Shown here in pieces: positions 10,234 through 20,478 of a stretch of DNA of 64,000 nt (the stretch's first letter is position 1; the number at the start of each line of letters is the position of its first letter). Source of the stretch: Eubacteriales bacterium (GTDB lineage: Bacteria; Bacillota; Clostridia; Oscillospirales; CAG-382); the NCBI GenBank assembly GCA_045536535.1, contig JAZSNS010000027.1, positions 45,573 through 109,572 on the forward strand, written 5' to 3'. The notes below the pieces were generated by a model. The model did not search any database, was not told the DNA's origin, and saw only the letters and a list, made by a program, of their open reading frames with translations. Made by a program: the position numbers and the translations under genes.

Positions 10234-10923
10234 CTAATTTTCCTTTTGTATGTCTTGTATATCAAGATGATATCCGATTTTTCTTACGGTTGAAATCGTG
10301 ACGTTTGAATTCAAAAAACTCAATTTTTTACGTATGAATGATATATAAACCTCAACGTTATTGTCTTCGGCATCGGAGAGATAACCCCAAACTTTGGTGA
10401 TTATGTCTTCTTTTGAGAAAATTTGTGTTGGGTTTGACAACATCAACTTTAAAATCTCAAACTCTTTGTGTCCGATATGAAGGCTTTTGCCGTTGCAGGA
10501 GAGTGTATATCCGTTAAGGTCGAGTGTAAGGTCGCCATAACCCACCTCATCAATTATAACATCGCCGGTACGACGGGAAAGTGCACGTATTCGCGCTAAC
10601 AACTCGTCTTTTGAAAACGGTTTTGTGAGATAATCGTCGGCGCCGTAGTCAAGACCTTTAACTTTATCGCTGACATCATCACGTGCGGTCAACAGAATTA
10701 TCGGCGTGTTGATCTTCTTGGCTCTAAGATTACGAAGCACGTCAAAACCGCTTATTTTGGGGAGCATAATGTCGAGCACTATAACGTCATATATACCGGA
10801 TTCGGCGAAAGCAAGACCGTCTTCGCCGTCGTAAACGGCATCGCAGGTGTATTTTTGAGATCTGAAAATCTCGCATATACTGTCAGCAAGCCGCTGTTCG
10901 TCTTCGACAACCAGAATGTTCAT
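10234..10923 (-). CDS. OmpR-family response regulator (CiaR-like)
   Basis: ILVVEDE, LDIMLP, GADDYLTKPF, VEVYISFIRKKL; ATG 10923 after GGAGG. Confidence 0.93.
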   Translation of the reverse strand: MNILVVEDEQRLADSICEIFRSQKYTCDAVYDGEDGLAFAESGIYDVIVLDIMLPKISGFDVLRNLRAKKINTPIILLTARDDVSDKVKGLDYGADDYLTKPFSKDELLARIRALSRRTGDVIIDEVGYGDLTLDLNGYTLSCNGKSLHIGHKEFEILKLMLSNPTQIFSKEDIITKVWGYLSDAEDNNVEVYISFIRKKLSFLNSNVTISTVRKIGYHLDIQDIQKEN

Positions 10924-10966
10924 AAAACCCTCCTTGAACGCCATTTCAAACAATACTCATATCATC

Positions 10967-10999
10967 ATTAAAACGCTAACCACTTAAAAATATCTTAAA
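10967..10999 (-). promoter_or_regulatory. CiaR-type direct repeat with -10 element
   Basis: Minus strand TTTAAG-ATATT-TTTAAG, then 10 nt, then TTTAAT. Confidence 0.6.
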
Positions 11000-11023
11000 A
11001 GGCGGGAAAATCCCGCCTTTTTT
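10997..11023 (-). terminator. Terminator
   Basis: AAAAGGCGGGA..TCCCGCCTTTT. Confidence 0.75.
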
Positions 11024-12074
11024 AAGGTTTGATTGTTAAAGTTTCGGTTTCGATAGGGTCGCTCTTAATGATGGATTTGTCATGCATCGAAAGGAGAAAC
11101 ATTGCAGACCCAACTGCTGCAAACAAAAGACTTATGATAAGTAATTTCCAGAAAATTGCGGAATAAGAAGGGAAGTACTCGGCAATATCTGCGGGAACCG
11201 TATTACGAAGGTGGATAAGCCAAAACGCCTTGCTTTTAAGCGCAGAAAGGTGGAATCCGTTCTTTGTAACAAATTCGAGAACAACACCGATATATTGACC
11301 GATCGCAGAAAAAATCAAAGCGTTGACCGGAACGGTTATATATGCTGCAAGGCTGACTTTTTTGCAGAAAATACGATATCCGTAATATGACAACACCGAA
11401 ACCGCAAAGCCCGCAATACAGAAGATATAACGAACTTCACTGATGCTAATTTTGAGCTTGCTCAGTTCGGGCGAGAGTACGTAATAAAGCAGGAAATAGA
11501 CGAGGAGACCGATCAAGGAGAAACCAACAGAGCCAAGAATTCCGTAAAGAATTTTCCCGCTGGCATTTTCGGCATTTTTCTTTTCGGCATTTTTCTTTGC
11601 CTGCTCGACAAATTCGAGAGCGCAATGCTCGCACATGATGTGATTTTCTTTGCCGTTTGTGACTTTTTTGGGTTTTCTTGAACCGAATTTATTGCCGCAT
11701 ACAGAACAGTATTCTACGCCTCTGGTTTCGTTTTCAATAAGTATTTCAATACAACGGTCTAATAACTTTAAAAACGTGGCGACAGAACCGTTGGAATAAA
11801 CACGAAGTCCGTCTTCTGAAATTGAATAATCAACGATGGAATATTCGGAAAGTTCGGCAGACAGTTTTTCGGAAACTTTAAGGTTTGAAATGCTGTTTTC
11901 ATCGCAATCGGGACATCTGTAATTTATGAACAGAATCTTTTTGCCTGAATTTTCATAAACGGTTACAAGATATCCGCCGTAAATCGCATAGGCATGGCTT
12001 TTGTCGGAAGAAGCGCCTTCTACATAAACGAAACCGTTTTCTTCCAAGTTTTTTGCTAAACTTTTAGTTATCAT
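11022..12074 (-). CDS. Hypothetical membrane protein with a putative Zn ribbon
   Basis: 350-aa ORF; CSVC...CEHC followed by about 4 hydrophobic helices. Confidence 0.75.
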   Translation of the reverse strand: MITKSLAKNLEENGFVYVEGASSDKSHAYAIYGGYLVTVYENSGKKILFINYRCPDCDENSISNLKVSEKLSAELSEYSIVDYSISEDGLRVYSNGSVATFLKLLDRCIEILIENETRGVEYCSVCGNKFGSRKPKKVTNGKENHIMCEHCALEFVEQAKKNAEKKNAENASGKILYGILGSVGFSLIGLLVYFLLYYVLSPELSKLKISISEVRYIFCIAGFAVSVLSYYGYRIFCKKVSLAAYITVPVNALIFSAIGQYIGVVLEFVTKNGFHLSALKSKAFWLIHLRNTVPADIAEYFPSYSAIFWKLLIISLLFAAVGSAMFLLSMHDKSIIKSDPIETETLTIKP

Positions 12075-12156
12075 AACATAACATCCTAAATTGTATTCAA
12101 TTTATGATATCACCGTATGAGTTAAAAATGGTTAATAAATTGTTAACAATTTGTTG

Positions 12157-12936
12157 TCATGTGATAAGTAAGTCCGTTAGAGAGAACAGAACAAAACCGA
12201 ACACGAACGAATATGTTTCTTGATTGTATTTTTTGATCAATAAGATCAATGTTTTAGAAAAGATAAAAACACCGAGAATTATACCGCCTATCAAAGGAAG
12301 TAAGTACAAAAAGTCAAACGTTTTGATTGCGAAGATCGTTCTTTCGTAAATTCCGAAAAAATACATCATGTACGAAAAACTTATTGCCGGCAACACAAGT
12401 GCAAGAGCAAGAGGAATGCCGATTATAAATAAGAACAAGACGCTTTCATGATTGAAATTGGTTTTTGCAACCGTTGAAAAAATCGAAATCAGACCCGAAA
12501 CTATAATACCGAAAAGCATAAATAAAGTTTTCTTGAATGACAATGATATTTTCAAATTGTTTTTTACGAAGAAATATGTACTTATTGCGGCAAGAGTACA
12601 GAAGGTGTATTTGGAAAGCAAAGGGAAGTATTCGCAAAAAAACGTTATTGGGCCGGAAAACGTAACGACCGAAACGATAGCTCCGACAGAAAGCGGCAAT
12701 AAAAAACAAACGGATTTTTTCGCATGGGAGAAAAAATTGCCGATGCTGTCTAAAATTTCTTCAAACACTCCGAAAACCATTGCGGTTGTGCCGCCGCTGA
12801 CTCCGGGAATGAGCGCTCCGAGACCGATAAAAAAGCCCTTGAAGAATTTGTTGAATAAATTTGCGATTTTCGAATTCAAAAAAACACCGCCCGGATAAAA
12901 ATTACTACATATTAATATGCGCATAAGTATTGACAA
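12157..12936 (-). CDS. DUF368-family membrane protein
   Basis: IPGVSGGT and LPAISFS repeat motifs; true start probably the TTG near 12879. Confidence 0.8.
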   Translation of the reverse strand: MSILMRILICSNFYPGGVFLNSKIANLFNKFFKGFFIGLGALIPGVSGGTTAMVFGVFEEILDSIGNFFSHAKKSVCFLLPLSVGAIVSVVTFSGPITFFCEYFPLLSKYTFCTLAAISTYFFVKNNLKISLSFKKTLFMLFGIIVSGLISIFSTVAKTNFNHESVLFLFIIGIPLALALVLPAISFSYMMYFFGIYERTIFAIKTFDFLYLLPLIGGIILGVFIFSKTLILLIKKYNQETYSFVFGFVLFSLTDLLIT

Positions 12937-12958
12937 AATGTAAAAATATTTGTATTAT
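12930..12958 (+). promoter_or_regulatory. sigma-A promoter of the pot operon
   Basis: TTGACA-N17-TATTAT. Confidence 0.7.
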
Positions 12959-12998
12959 CAATTATGAATCAATATAAATTATTTATAAATATACGGAG

Positions 12999-14138
12999 TT
13001 GGAATTGAACAGAAACGAACACGGCGCTCTTGTAAGCCTGCAAAATATTTCGGTAAAATTTGATGATGACCAAATACTTAATAATATAAGTCTTGACATA
13101 AACGAAAAGGAATTTGTCACGCTTTTGGGGCCGTCGGGTTGCGGCAAAACTACCACTTTGAGGATTTTGGGCGGCTTTGTTAAACCTGATAGCGGTGATG
13201 TTTTCTTTGAAGGAAAGCGTATAAATGACGTTCCTCCTTATCAAAGACAGATCAATACTATCTTTCAAAAATATGCGCTCTTTCCGCATCTTAACGTTTA
13301 TGAAAATGTCGCATTTGGTCTGCGTGTACAGAAAAAACCCGAAAAAGAGATCAAGAAGATCGTTAACGAGATGCTTGAACTTGTCAATTTGAAGGGTTTT
13401 AATAAGCGCGACATAAATTCGTTGAGCGGCGGTCAGCAACAACGCGTCTCGATTGCACGTGCGCTTGCCGTGAAGCCGCGTGTTCTTTTGCTTGATGAGC
13501 CGTTGGGGGCTTTGGACCTTAAACTCCGTAAGGATATGCAGGTCGAACTTAAAGGTATACAGCAACGTCTTGGCATTACTTTCGTTTATGTAACTCACGA
13601 TCAGGAAGAAGCTCTTTCGATGTCTGATACCGTTGTTGTTATGGATAACGGACGTATTCAGCAGATCGGCACACCGCTTGATATTTACAACGAACCTCAG
13701 AATGCTTTTGTTGCTGACTTTATCGGTGAAAGTAACATCATTGACGGTGTGATGTTGGAGGACTTCAAGGCTTCATTTGCGGGAAAGACTTTCGATTGCC
13801 TTGATAAAGGCTTTGAGAAGAACGAGCCTGTTGATGTTGTTATCCGTCCCGAAGACGTTGATGTTGTTCCTGTTGAAAAAGGTATGCTTTCGGGTGAAGT
13901 TACAAGTGTTACATTCAAGGGAGTTCATTTTGAAATCATTGTTGATATAAACGGTTTCAAATGGATGATTCAGACGACCGATTTCGAACCCGTCGGTGCA
14001 AAGATCGGTCTTTATATAGAACCCGACGCGATCCATATCATGAAGAAAAGTGAATATTCCGGAGTGTTTGGCGATTACAGTTCTTACAGTGATGAACTCG
14101 AAAAACTTTCCGAGAATGTTGAGGAAGAAGATGAATAA
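12999..14138 (+). CDS. potA: Spermidine/putrescine ABC transporter ATP-binding subunit
   Basis: [31 protein letters not shown] tail. Confidence 0.93.
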   Translation: MELNRNEHGALVSLQNISVKFDDDQILNNISLDINEKEFVTLLGPSGCGKTTTLRILGGFVKPDSGDVFFEGKRINDVPPYQRQINTIFQKYALFPHLNVYENVAFGLRVQKKPEKEIKKIVNEMLELVNLKGFNKRDINSLSGGQQQRVSIARALAVKPRVLLLDEPLGALDLKLRKDMQVELKGIQQRLGITFVYVTHDQEEALSMSDTVVVMDNGRIQQIGTPLDIYNEPQNAFVADFIGESNIIDGVMLEDFKASFAGKTFDCLDKGFEKNEPVDVVIRPEDVDVVPVEKGMLSGEVTSVTFKGVHFEIIVDINGFKWMIQTTDFEPVGAKIGLYIEPDAIHIMKKSEYSGVFGDYSSYSDELEKLSENVEEEDE

Positions 14139-14973
14139 ACGCTCGTCACTCCTACAACGATTTGTTGCAGCGCCTTATGCATTTTGGGCATTTATATTTA
14201 TAGTTATTCCGTTGGTAATGGTTGCTTATTACACCTTTACGAACGGCGAAGGCGCGTTCACGTTCGATAATATTTTGAAATTAGGCGAAAGGGAATATGT
14301 TTCCATTTTCTTCCGCTCGGTTGTTTACGCCTTTCTTGCAACCGTTTTGTGTTTGTTGATTGCGTTTCCTTTGGCATATTTTATTTCACAAACCAAACCG
14401 AGCACGCAAAAGATCGCGATCATGCTCATTATGCTTCCGATGTGGACAAACCTTGTTATCAGAACGTATTCACTCGCGAATATAATTCAGGATACAGGTG
14501 TTGTTAACAACGTTTTACAATCGTTATCAATCATTGAAGAACCTATCCATATGATAAATACACCCTTTGCGGTAATTCTCGGTATGGTATATAACTATCT
14601 GCCTTTTATGGTGTTGCCTATCTATACTGTTATTTCCAAGCTTGACAAGAGTGTTATTGAGGCATCACAGGATCTCGGTTGTAACAAATTTTCGGTTCTG
14701 ACAAAGGTTATTCTACCGCTTTCAAAAAGCGGTATTGTTTCAGGAATAACGATGGTTTTTGTCCCTGCAATAAGTACCTTTTATGTCTCTAAAAAACTCG
14801 GCGGAACCGACAACCGTCTTATCGGCGAAGTTATTGAAGATTCGTTCTTTTACAGCGAAAACTGGAACTTCGGAAGTGCTATTTCGTTTATCCTTATGAT
14901 AATCATTATGATTTCGATTTTTGTTATCAATAAGTTTTCCGATGATGAAGAAGGCGGAGGTATGATTTTATGA
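14131..14973 (+). CDS. potB: Spermidine/putrescine ABC permease
   Basis: [19 protein letters not shown]; ATG 14131 after GAGG. Confidence 0.9.
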   Translation: MNKRSSLLQRFVAAPYAFWAFIFIVIPLVMVAYYTFTNGEGAFTFDNILKLGEREYVSIFFRSVVYAFLATVLCLLIAFPLAYFISQTKPSTQKIAIMLIMLPMWTNLVIRTYSLANIIQDTGVVNNVLQSLSIIEEPIHMINTPFAVILGMVYNYLPFMVLPIYTVISKLDKSVIEASQDLGCNKFSVLTKVILPLSKSGIVSGITMVFVPAISTFYVSKKLGGTDNRLIGEVIEDSFFYSENWNFGSAISFILMIIIMISIFVINKFSDDEEGGGMIL

Positions 14974-15785
14974 AAATACTCTCTAAAATCTATATCTGTC
15001 TGATATTTGTTTTGCTTTATGCTCCCGTTGTCGTAATGATCGCATTTTCATTCAATTCAAGCAACAGTTTGGTCGAATTCACCGGTTTTTCTGCACGTTA
15101 TTATTTGGAAGCATTTAATAACGCCAAGGTTATGGATGCGTTTAAAAATACGTTGATTCTTGCGGTATGTACAGCCGCAATTTCCGGTATTTTAGGAACT
15201 GCAGCGGCTGTCGGCATCAGCCGCATGCGAAGTAAATATGTTCGTCAAACCTTGATGTCGGTCACAAACATTCCGATGATGAACCCGGACATCGTTACCG
15301 GTGTTTCCATGATGTTGCTTTTCATTTTTGCAGGGGCTTTGCTCGGCATGCAATCGACGTTGAGTTTCTGGACAATGCTTATCGCGCACGTGACATTCAG
15401 TTTGCCTTACGTCATTCTTTCGGTGATGCCTAAAATTAAGCAAATGGACAAGCACCTTCCCGAAGCAGCGATGGACCTTGGATGTTCTCCGATTATGTCA
15501 TTTTTCAAAGTTGAATTGCCGTGCATTCTTCCGGGCGTTATTTCGGGAATGCTGATGGCATTCACTCTTTCGCTTGATGATTTTGTTATCAGCTACTTCG
15601 TAAAGGGTACAGGCTTTGAAACTTTGCCGATCTATATCTATTCCGCGGTCAAGAAAGGTGTTCGTCCTTCGCTTTATGCCGCAAATACGATCATAATTAT
15701 TGCAGTTCTTGCTTTGCTGATACTCATTAACTTTGTCGGTGACAAAGATAACAAAACAAAATTGAAAAAGGGGACCAAGAATTGA
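14970..15785 (+). CDS. potC: Spermidine/putrescine ABC permease
   Basis: EAAMDLG, FTLSLDDF. Confidence 0.9.
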   Translation: MKILSKIYICLIFVLLYAPVVVMIAFSFNSSNSLVEFTGFSARYYLEAFNNAKVMDAFKNTLILAVCTAAISGILGTAAAVGISRMRSKYVRQTLMSVTNIPMMNPDIVTGVSMMLLFIFAGALLGMQSTLSFWTMLIAHVTFSLPYVILSVMPKIKQMDKHLPEAAMDLGCSPIMSFFKVELPCILPGVISGMLMAFTLSLDDFVISYFVKGTGFETLPIYIYSAVKKGVRPSLYAANTIIIIAVLALLILINFVGDKDNKTKLKKGTKN

Positions 15786-17041
15786 AAAGAAAAATTTCCT
15801 TCGTCCTTTTAACGATACTTTTGCTTTCCTCGATTTTAAGCGGGTGTGATTTTGAGGAAGAAAGTTCTCTCGAATATGTTGATACGACAACCAAGTTCGA
15901 TTATTCGAAATATGAAGGTATTGAACTTAGCGTTTATAACTGGGGTTATTATATTTCTGATGGTTCGGATGGATCGATCGACGTTAACGAAGAATTCGAA
16001 AAGTTAACAGGTATAAAGATCTTATATGATAACTACGATTCAAACGAAAGCCTTTATGCTAAGCTTGACGGAGGCGGTGCTGATTATGATGTTATCATTC
16101 CGTCGGATTATATGGTTGGAAGATTGATCGAGGAAGGTTATCTTGCCGAACTTGATTTTGATTATATCCCTAACTATAAATATGTTGCTGAAGAGTATAA
16201 AAATACCGATTATGACCCCGAAAACAAATACAGCGTTCCCTATAACGTCGGAATGGTCGGTGTTATTTATAACACAACAATGGTTAAAGGAACCCCCGAC
16301 AGTTGGTCTTTGATGTGGGATGAGGATTATTCGGGTAAAATTTTAACCTTTAATAACCCCCGTGACGCATTTGCTATCGCCCAGTTTTATCAGAACCTCG
16401 ATATCAACGGAACCGATGAAAAAGATTGGGATAAAGCCTACGAAAAACTTGCCGAACAGAAAAACCTTCTTCAAAGCTATGTTATGGATGAGGTTTTCAA
16501 CAAAATGGAAAGCGGCGAAGCCGCGATCGCGCCTTATTACGCAGGCGACTTTTTGACGATGTACGGTAATAATTCCGACCTTGCGTTTTATTATCCCAAG
16601 GAGGGCACCAATCAGTTTATTGATGCCGCTTGCGTTCTGAAAACTTCGAAACACAAAGAGGCGGCGGCTCTTTACATCAATTTCTTGATGGACCCGGAGA
16701 TCGCAAAAGCGAACGCTGAATATATGTATTACGCTTCGCCCAATACAGCGGTCGTCGAAGATGAAGAATATATTGAATTCTTGGCTGAACTTCATCCGAG
16801 CGCCTATGATATTCTTTACGGTTCGGCTTGGAGTGTCCCGACCGATTCCTTTGCTAATCTTCCTGATGAAACAAAGGGCTATATGGCTGAAAAATGGACT
16901 CAACTCGGTGCAACAATCACCGAAGAAAGCGGAAATTATACCGTTTATTGGATTTTCTTCGCGGTCGTTTTGTTGATTGTTGTTTATTATATAATCAGTA
17001 AGATCAAGAAATCCATCAGAGAAAGAGTGTGTAACGAATGA
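15782..17041 (+). CDS. potD: Spermidine/putrescine-binding protein with extra C-terminal TM helix
   Basis: Lipobox LSGC, VYNWGYYI, YDVIIPSDYM, PKEG. Confidence 0.9.
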   Translation: MKRKISFVLLTILLLSSILSGCDFEEESSLEYVDTTTKFDYSKYEGIELSVYNWGYYISDGSDGSIDVNEEFEKLTGIKILYDNYDSNESLYAKLDGGGADYDVIIPSDYMVGRLIEEGYLAELDFDYIPNYKYVAEEYKNTDYDPENKYSVPYNVGMVGVIYNTTMVKGTPDSWSLMWDEDYSGKILTFNNPRDAFAIAQFYQNLDINGTDEKDWDKAYEKLAEQKNLLQSYVMDEVFNKMESGEAAIAPYYAGDFLTMYGNNSDLAFYYPKEGTNQFIDAACVLKTSKHKEAAALYINFLMDPEIAKANAEYMYYASPNTAVVEDEEYIEFLAELHPSAYDILYGSAWSVPTDSFANLPDETKGYMAEKWTQLGATITEESGNYTVYWIFFAVVLLIVVYYIISKIKKSIRERVCNE

Positions 17042-20000
17042 AAAAGACGTTATGTATTTTAATTTCTTTTGTTCTTCTTCTGCCTTTTGCTGTTTCATGC
17101 GGGAACAAAAATGAAACCGCCGGATTTATAGAAGGTTTTGATTTTATCGTTAAGTTCGAGGACGTTGAGATAAAAGCCACTAAGATCAATGCCTCTCCCG
17201 AAAAAGGAAATGCGGCGATTTATACTCGCGATTATATTCTTGACGGTGAACATTCGGTTGTACTTGGCGAAGAACAGAAGGGAAGAGTTGCGTTTTCAAT
17301 ACGGCGTAACGATAAAAACGGTAACGTTGATTTTGAAGTTGTAAAACGCTATGAAGAAAACGTTTCTGAAGCAATCATTCCCGTTAACGGATTCGTTATC
17401 ACAATTCCTGCCTCACAGATGGTTGCAAGTGAGGTGAAAGAGGGCACAAAGGTTTCGGTGACGGGTTATGATTCTGTCGTGAAAACGGTCGAACGCCTTG
17501 ATCTTGCTACTTTTGCACCCAATTATAATACCTCAACTTCAACACGCCGTATTAATTTTTTGAATCCTGTTAATGATTTTGAAGAAGAAAAGATTTATTT
17601 CATAAACAGCGATTTTGAAAAGGAAAAGTCGATTGGAATTGATAATATTGCCGTGACTTTGAAAAAACGCAGCGGACTGAATTATGACGTTGTTTCGGTA
17701 AGTGAACTTGATAATGTTAAAAAAACTGTCGGTGATGAAGCTGTTCTTATTTTCACCGGAGATTACAATATTTCTTACGCCAAACATTATTTCGGAGAAA
17801 CGAAAAAGGTTACAGTGTCTATGTTAAAGAAAGCAAACGGGTTCAGTGACATTCCGGCGGTTAATACGAAAAACGGCGTTATCCGATTTGACGAAACCGC
17901 TTTCAACATTAAAACGATCGAAAAAGACGGCGCTTATGTGTTTGATTGCAACTTCTCGTCTGCAATTACACCTGCGACCGATAAAAAACGCGTTGATGTT
18001 GTTATTGCCGAAGGCTATGTTGTAAAAGTCGGCTCCGAGGGAGAACGCTCTCTCATTCCCGGCGGAAACGGTTTTGTCATTACCTTTGTCGGTGAGGATT
18101 CTGTCAACAGAGCTTCTGCTTTCTCGGTCGGAAAAACTGTTGAATCCTGTTTGATTGATTTTGTCGATCTGCCTGCGCAATATGTTGAAATTAACGGCAT
18201 TTTCTTTGAGATAACCCATGTTGACAAATTCCGCGGTCAAGAGGGAATGTCTGTACTTTATACGTCGGATTACGGTAAATCCACCAACACAAATATGTAC
18301 GGTTCGGAAATCGTTATTAAAGACGGCAAAGTTAAATCGGTTCATTTCAGCGAGGGCAATGCCGAAATTCCCGACGACGGATATGTTTTAAGCATTCATA
18401 ACGATCATCTTTCTCATACGGACATTCTTGATATTAATGTTGGTGATGACGTTAAAATTTCGCTCGATGGACCGGCTTACGGTGTTTCTGAACTCACATA
18501 CAACACCATAAATCAAGACAGAGGCGAAGATTTTCTTGTTCTTTACAGAAACAAAGTTTCAACCGGCACCAACGGTTACGGATATGAAATCGCCGTTGAT
18601 AAAAACGGCAATGCCGTTGCTGACGGATATAGCGGAAACATAAAGATACCGGAGGGCGGTTTTGTTCTTTCGGGACACGGCATCAACAAGACGGCGCTTG
18701 AAGCTGCTTATGAGGTCGGTGAACGCATTTTCATTGATGAGCCGACAAATGGGATAACGATCATCAGAACGCCCGATTTGAAGGTCAAGGCGGCTCAGCA
18801 GAGTTTGTCAACCGTGAGCGATCTTCTTGATAATGCCAAAGCCGCTTATCTGAATATTGATTACAAATCGGCAAATGATCAAATCGTTAATTTGTCTTCG
18901 ATGATCAAAGATGCGGAAAACGCATTTGAACAGTACGATTTTGAAAAAGCATTTTCTTATGCACAGTCGGTTGTTACCACCTGTAATAATCTAAAATACG
19001 CAATGATCGAATCGAAAGGTGTTCAGAACCGTGCGGTTTGGTACAGAAGCACGGAAAAAAGTGATGCCGAAGTTGAGGCGACTATAAAGAAGATAAAATC
19101 CCTCAACGTTAATTCGCTCTATCTCGAAACATGGTATGAAGGATATTGCATTGGTAACAAGGTTGAGATCGAAGGTATCAATGTAACTCGTGATACCGAT
19201 TTTGATGTTCTCGAATCCTTCATCAGAATCGGTCACGAAAACGGTATTGAAGTCCACGCTTGGGTTCACAATTTCTTTGTCGGTTTTTATTATAAAGACG
19301 GAAGAAATTATCATAATCCTGTTTTCGCCGAGGAACGATTCAAGGATAAATATCTTTTGGACCGCGGCGGAAATGAGAATTTCTATTATACAGCCAACGG
19401 CAATTATTGGTTTTTCCTCAATCCAAATGATCGCGAATGCCGTGATTTGATTCTCAATGTTTATGAGGAACTTATTACGAATTATGATCTTGACGGGCTT
19501 CATCTTGACTATATAAGATATCCCGAGTTGAATATGGTTGACGGCGGCCCTTATGATTTTGGTTACAATCAGGATATTATCGACGGTTTTGCAAAGAAGA
19601 CCGGCATAAAGACCGATCCGCGAAAACTTGTTGAGGGTTCAGCCGATCATCAAAAATGGGTTCAGTACCGTTGCGATATTATAACAAGTTTTGTCGGCGA
19701 GGTTTATGATCTTGTCAACAAACTTGACAAGGATCTGTGGCTTTCGGGAGCGACTTATCCTGACATCGCTTTGTTCAAACAAACTATTTTCCAGGACGTT
19801 GTAACGTTCGCTGAAAAGGGATATTTTGATGAACTCTATTCGATGTCTTACGGCGTTGACAATGCCTATGTTCTTGAAACCGTTAACGGGTATCTTGAAG
19901 TGACCAAGGACAGAATGTTCTATACCGCAGGACTTGCGGCGTTCCTTGAAACGACCAAAGAGAACTTTGCATATCAACTTACGGAGGTTGATATAGCGGG

Positions 20001-20436
20001 TGCTGACGGTGTTGCTGTCTTTGCGCTTGCAAATATCGGCCCTGACAGCTATCAGTATGAGATTATTAACGGCGCGTTCAAAGCGCCCTCGGTTCAGGTT
20101 AACCGCTATTCGCAAACAACAAGTGCCCAGATGGATTATATCTGTCAGAAGATCGATAATATCAGTTTTATATGCACGATTCTGGACGATGAAGATTTTG
20201 CTTTCATCAAAAACGAATGCGCAGAGATTAAGGATTTCAGCGAAAAATTGGATTTTGAAAATGCTTCCAATGCTCAAAAAATCTCTTGGGGCAGAGAAGC
20301 GCTCAAAAAGATTGCTTCTGCAAAAACCTCGATCAAATCCCGATGCGGTGATAACGAAGAAACGCAGGCGATTCTCGTTGAGTTTGAAAATCTTGAATAT
20401 TGGCTTAATATCAGCATTAAGCGCGATAGTAAATAA
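17038..20436 (+). CDS. Large lipoprotein with GHL10 (family-10-like glycosyl hydrolase) domain and N-terminal repeats
   Basis: Lipobox AVSC; RAVW, IEVHAWVH, FLNP, YDLDGLHLDYIRYP; four IPxxG(F/Y)V repeats. Confidence 0.8.
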   Translation: MKKTLCILISFVLLLPFAVSCGNKNETAGFIEGFDFIVKFEDVEIKATKINASPEKGNAAIYTRDYILDGEHSVVLGEEQKGRVAFSIRRNDKNGNVDFEVVKRYEENVSEAIIPVNGFVITIPASQMVASEVKEGTKVSVTGYDSVVKTVERLDLATFAPNYNTSTSTRRINFLNPVNDFEEEKIYFINSDFEKEKSIGIDNIAVTLKKRSGLNYDVVSVSELDNVKKTVGDEAVLIFTGDYNISYAKHYFGETKKVTVSMLKKANGFSDIPAVNTKNGVIRFDETAFNIKTIEKDGAYVFDCNFSSAITPATDKKRVDVVIAEGYVVKVGSEGERSLIPGGNGFVITFVGEDSVNRASAFSVGKTVESCLIDFVDLPAQYVEINGIFFEITHVDKFRGQEGMSVLYTSDYGKSTNTNMYGSEIVIKDGKVKSVHFSEGNAEIPDDGYVLSIHNDHLSHTDILDINVGDDVKISLDGPAYGVSELTYNTINQDRGEDFLVLYRNKVSTGTNGYGYEIAVDKNGNAVADGYSGNIKIPEGGFVLSGHGINKTALEAAYEVGERIFIDEPTNGITIIRTPDLKVKAAQQSLSTVSDLLDNAKAAYLNIDYKSANDQIVNLSSMIKDAENAFEQYDFEKAFSYAQSVVTTCNNLKYAMIESKGVQNRAVWYRSTEKSDAEVEATIKKIKSLNVNSLYLETWYEGYCIGNKVEIEGINVTRDTDFDVLESFIRIGHENGIEVHAWVHNFFVGFYYKDGRNYHNPVFAEERFKDKYLLDRGGNENFYYTANGNYWFFLNPNDRECRDLILNVYEELITNYDLDGLHLDYIRYPELNMVDGGPYDFGYNQDIIDGFAKKTGIKTDPRKLVEGSADHQKWVQYRCDIITSFVGEVYDLVNKLDKDLWLSGATYPDIALFKQTIFQDVVTFAEKGYFDELYSMSYGVDNAYVLETVNGYLEVTKDRMFYTAGLAAFLETTKENFAYQLTEVDIAGADGVAVFALANIGPDSYQYEIINGAFKAPSVQVNRYSQTTSAQMDYICQKIDNISFICTILDDEDFAFIKNECAEIKDFSEKLDFENASNAQKISWGREALKKIASAKTSIKSRCGDNEETQAILVEFENLEYWLNISIKRDSK

Positions 20437-20445
20437 ATATAAAAG

Positions 20446-20478
20446 AAAAAACAGCGGAGTTTAAACTTCGCTGTTTTT
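20446..20478. terminator. Bidirectional terminator
   Basis: AAAAACAGCGGAGT / ACTTCGCTGTTTTT between convergent genes. Confidence 0.7.

Noticed and set aside
16343-17098. 251-aa antisense ORF over potD, and similar antisense ORFs over recA, the GHL10 gene, the acyl-CoA synthetase and the phosphoesterase
   Set aside because: Shadow ORFs opposite well-supported genes.
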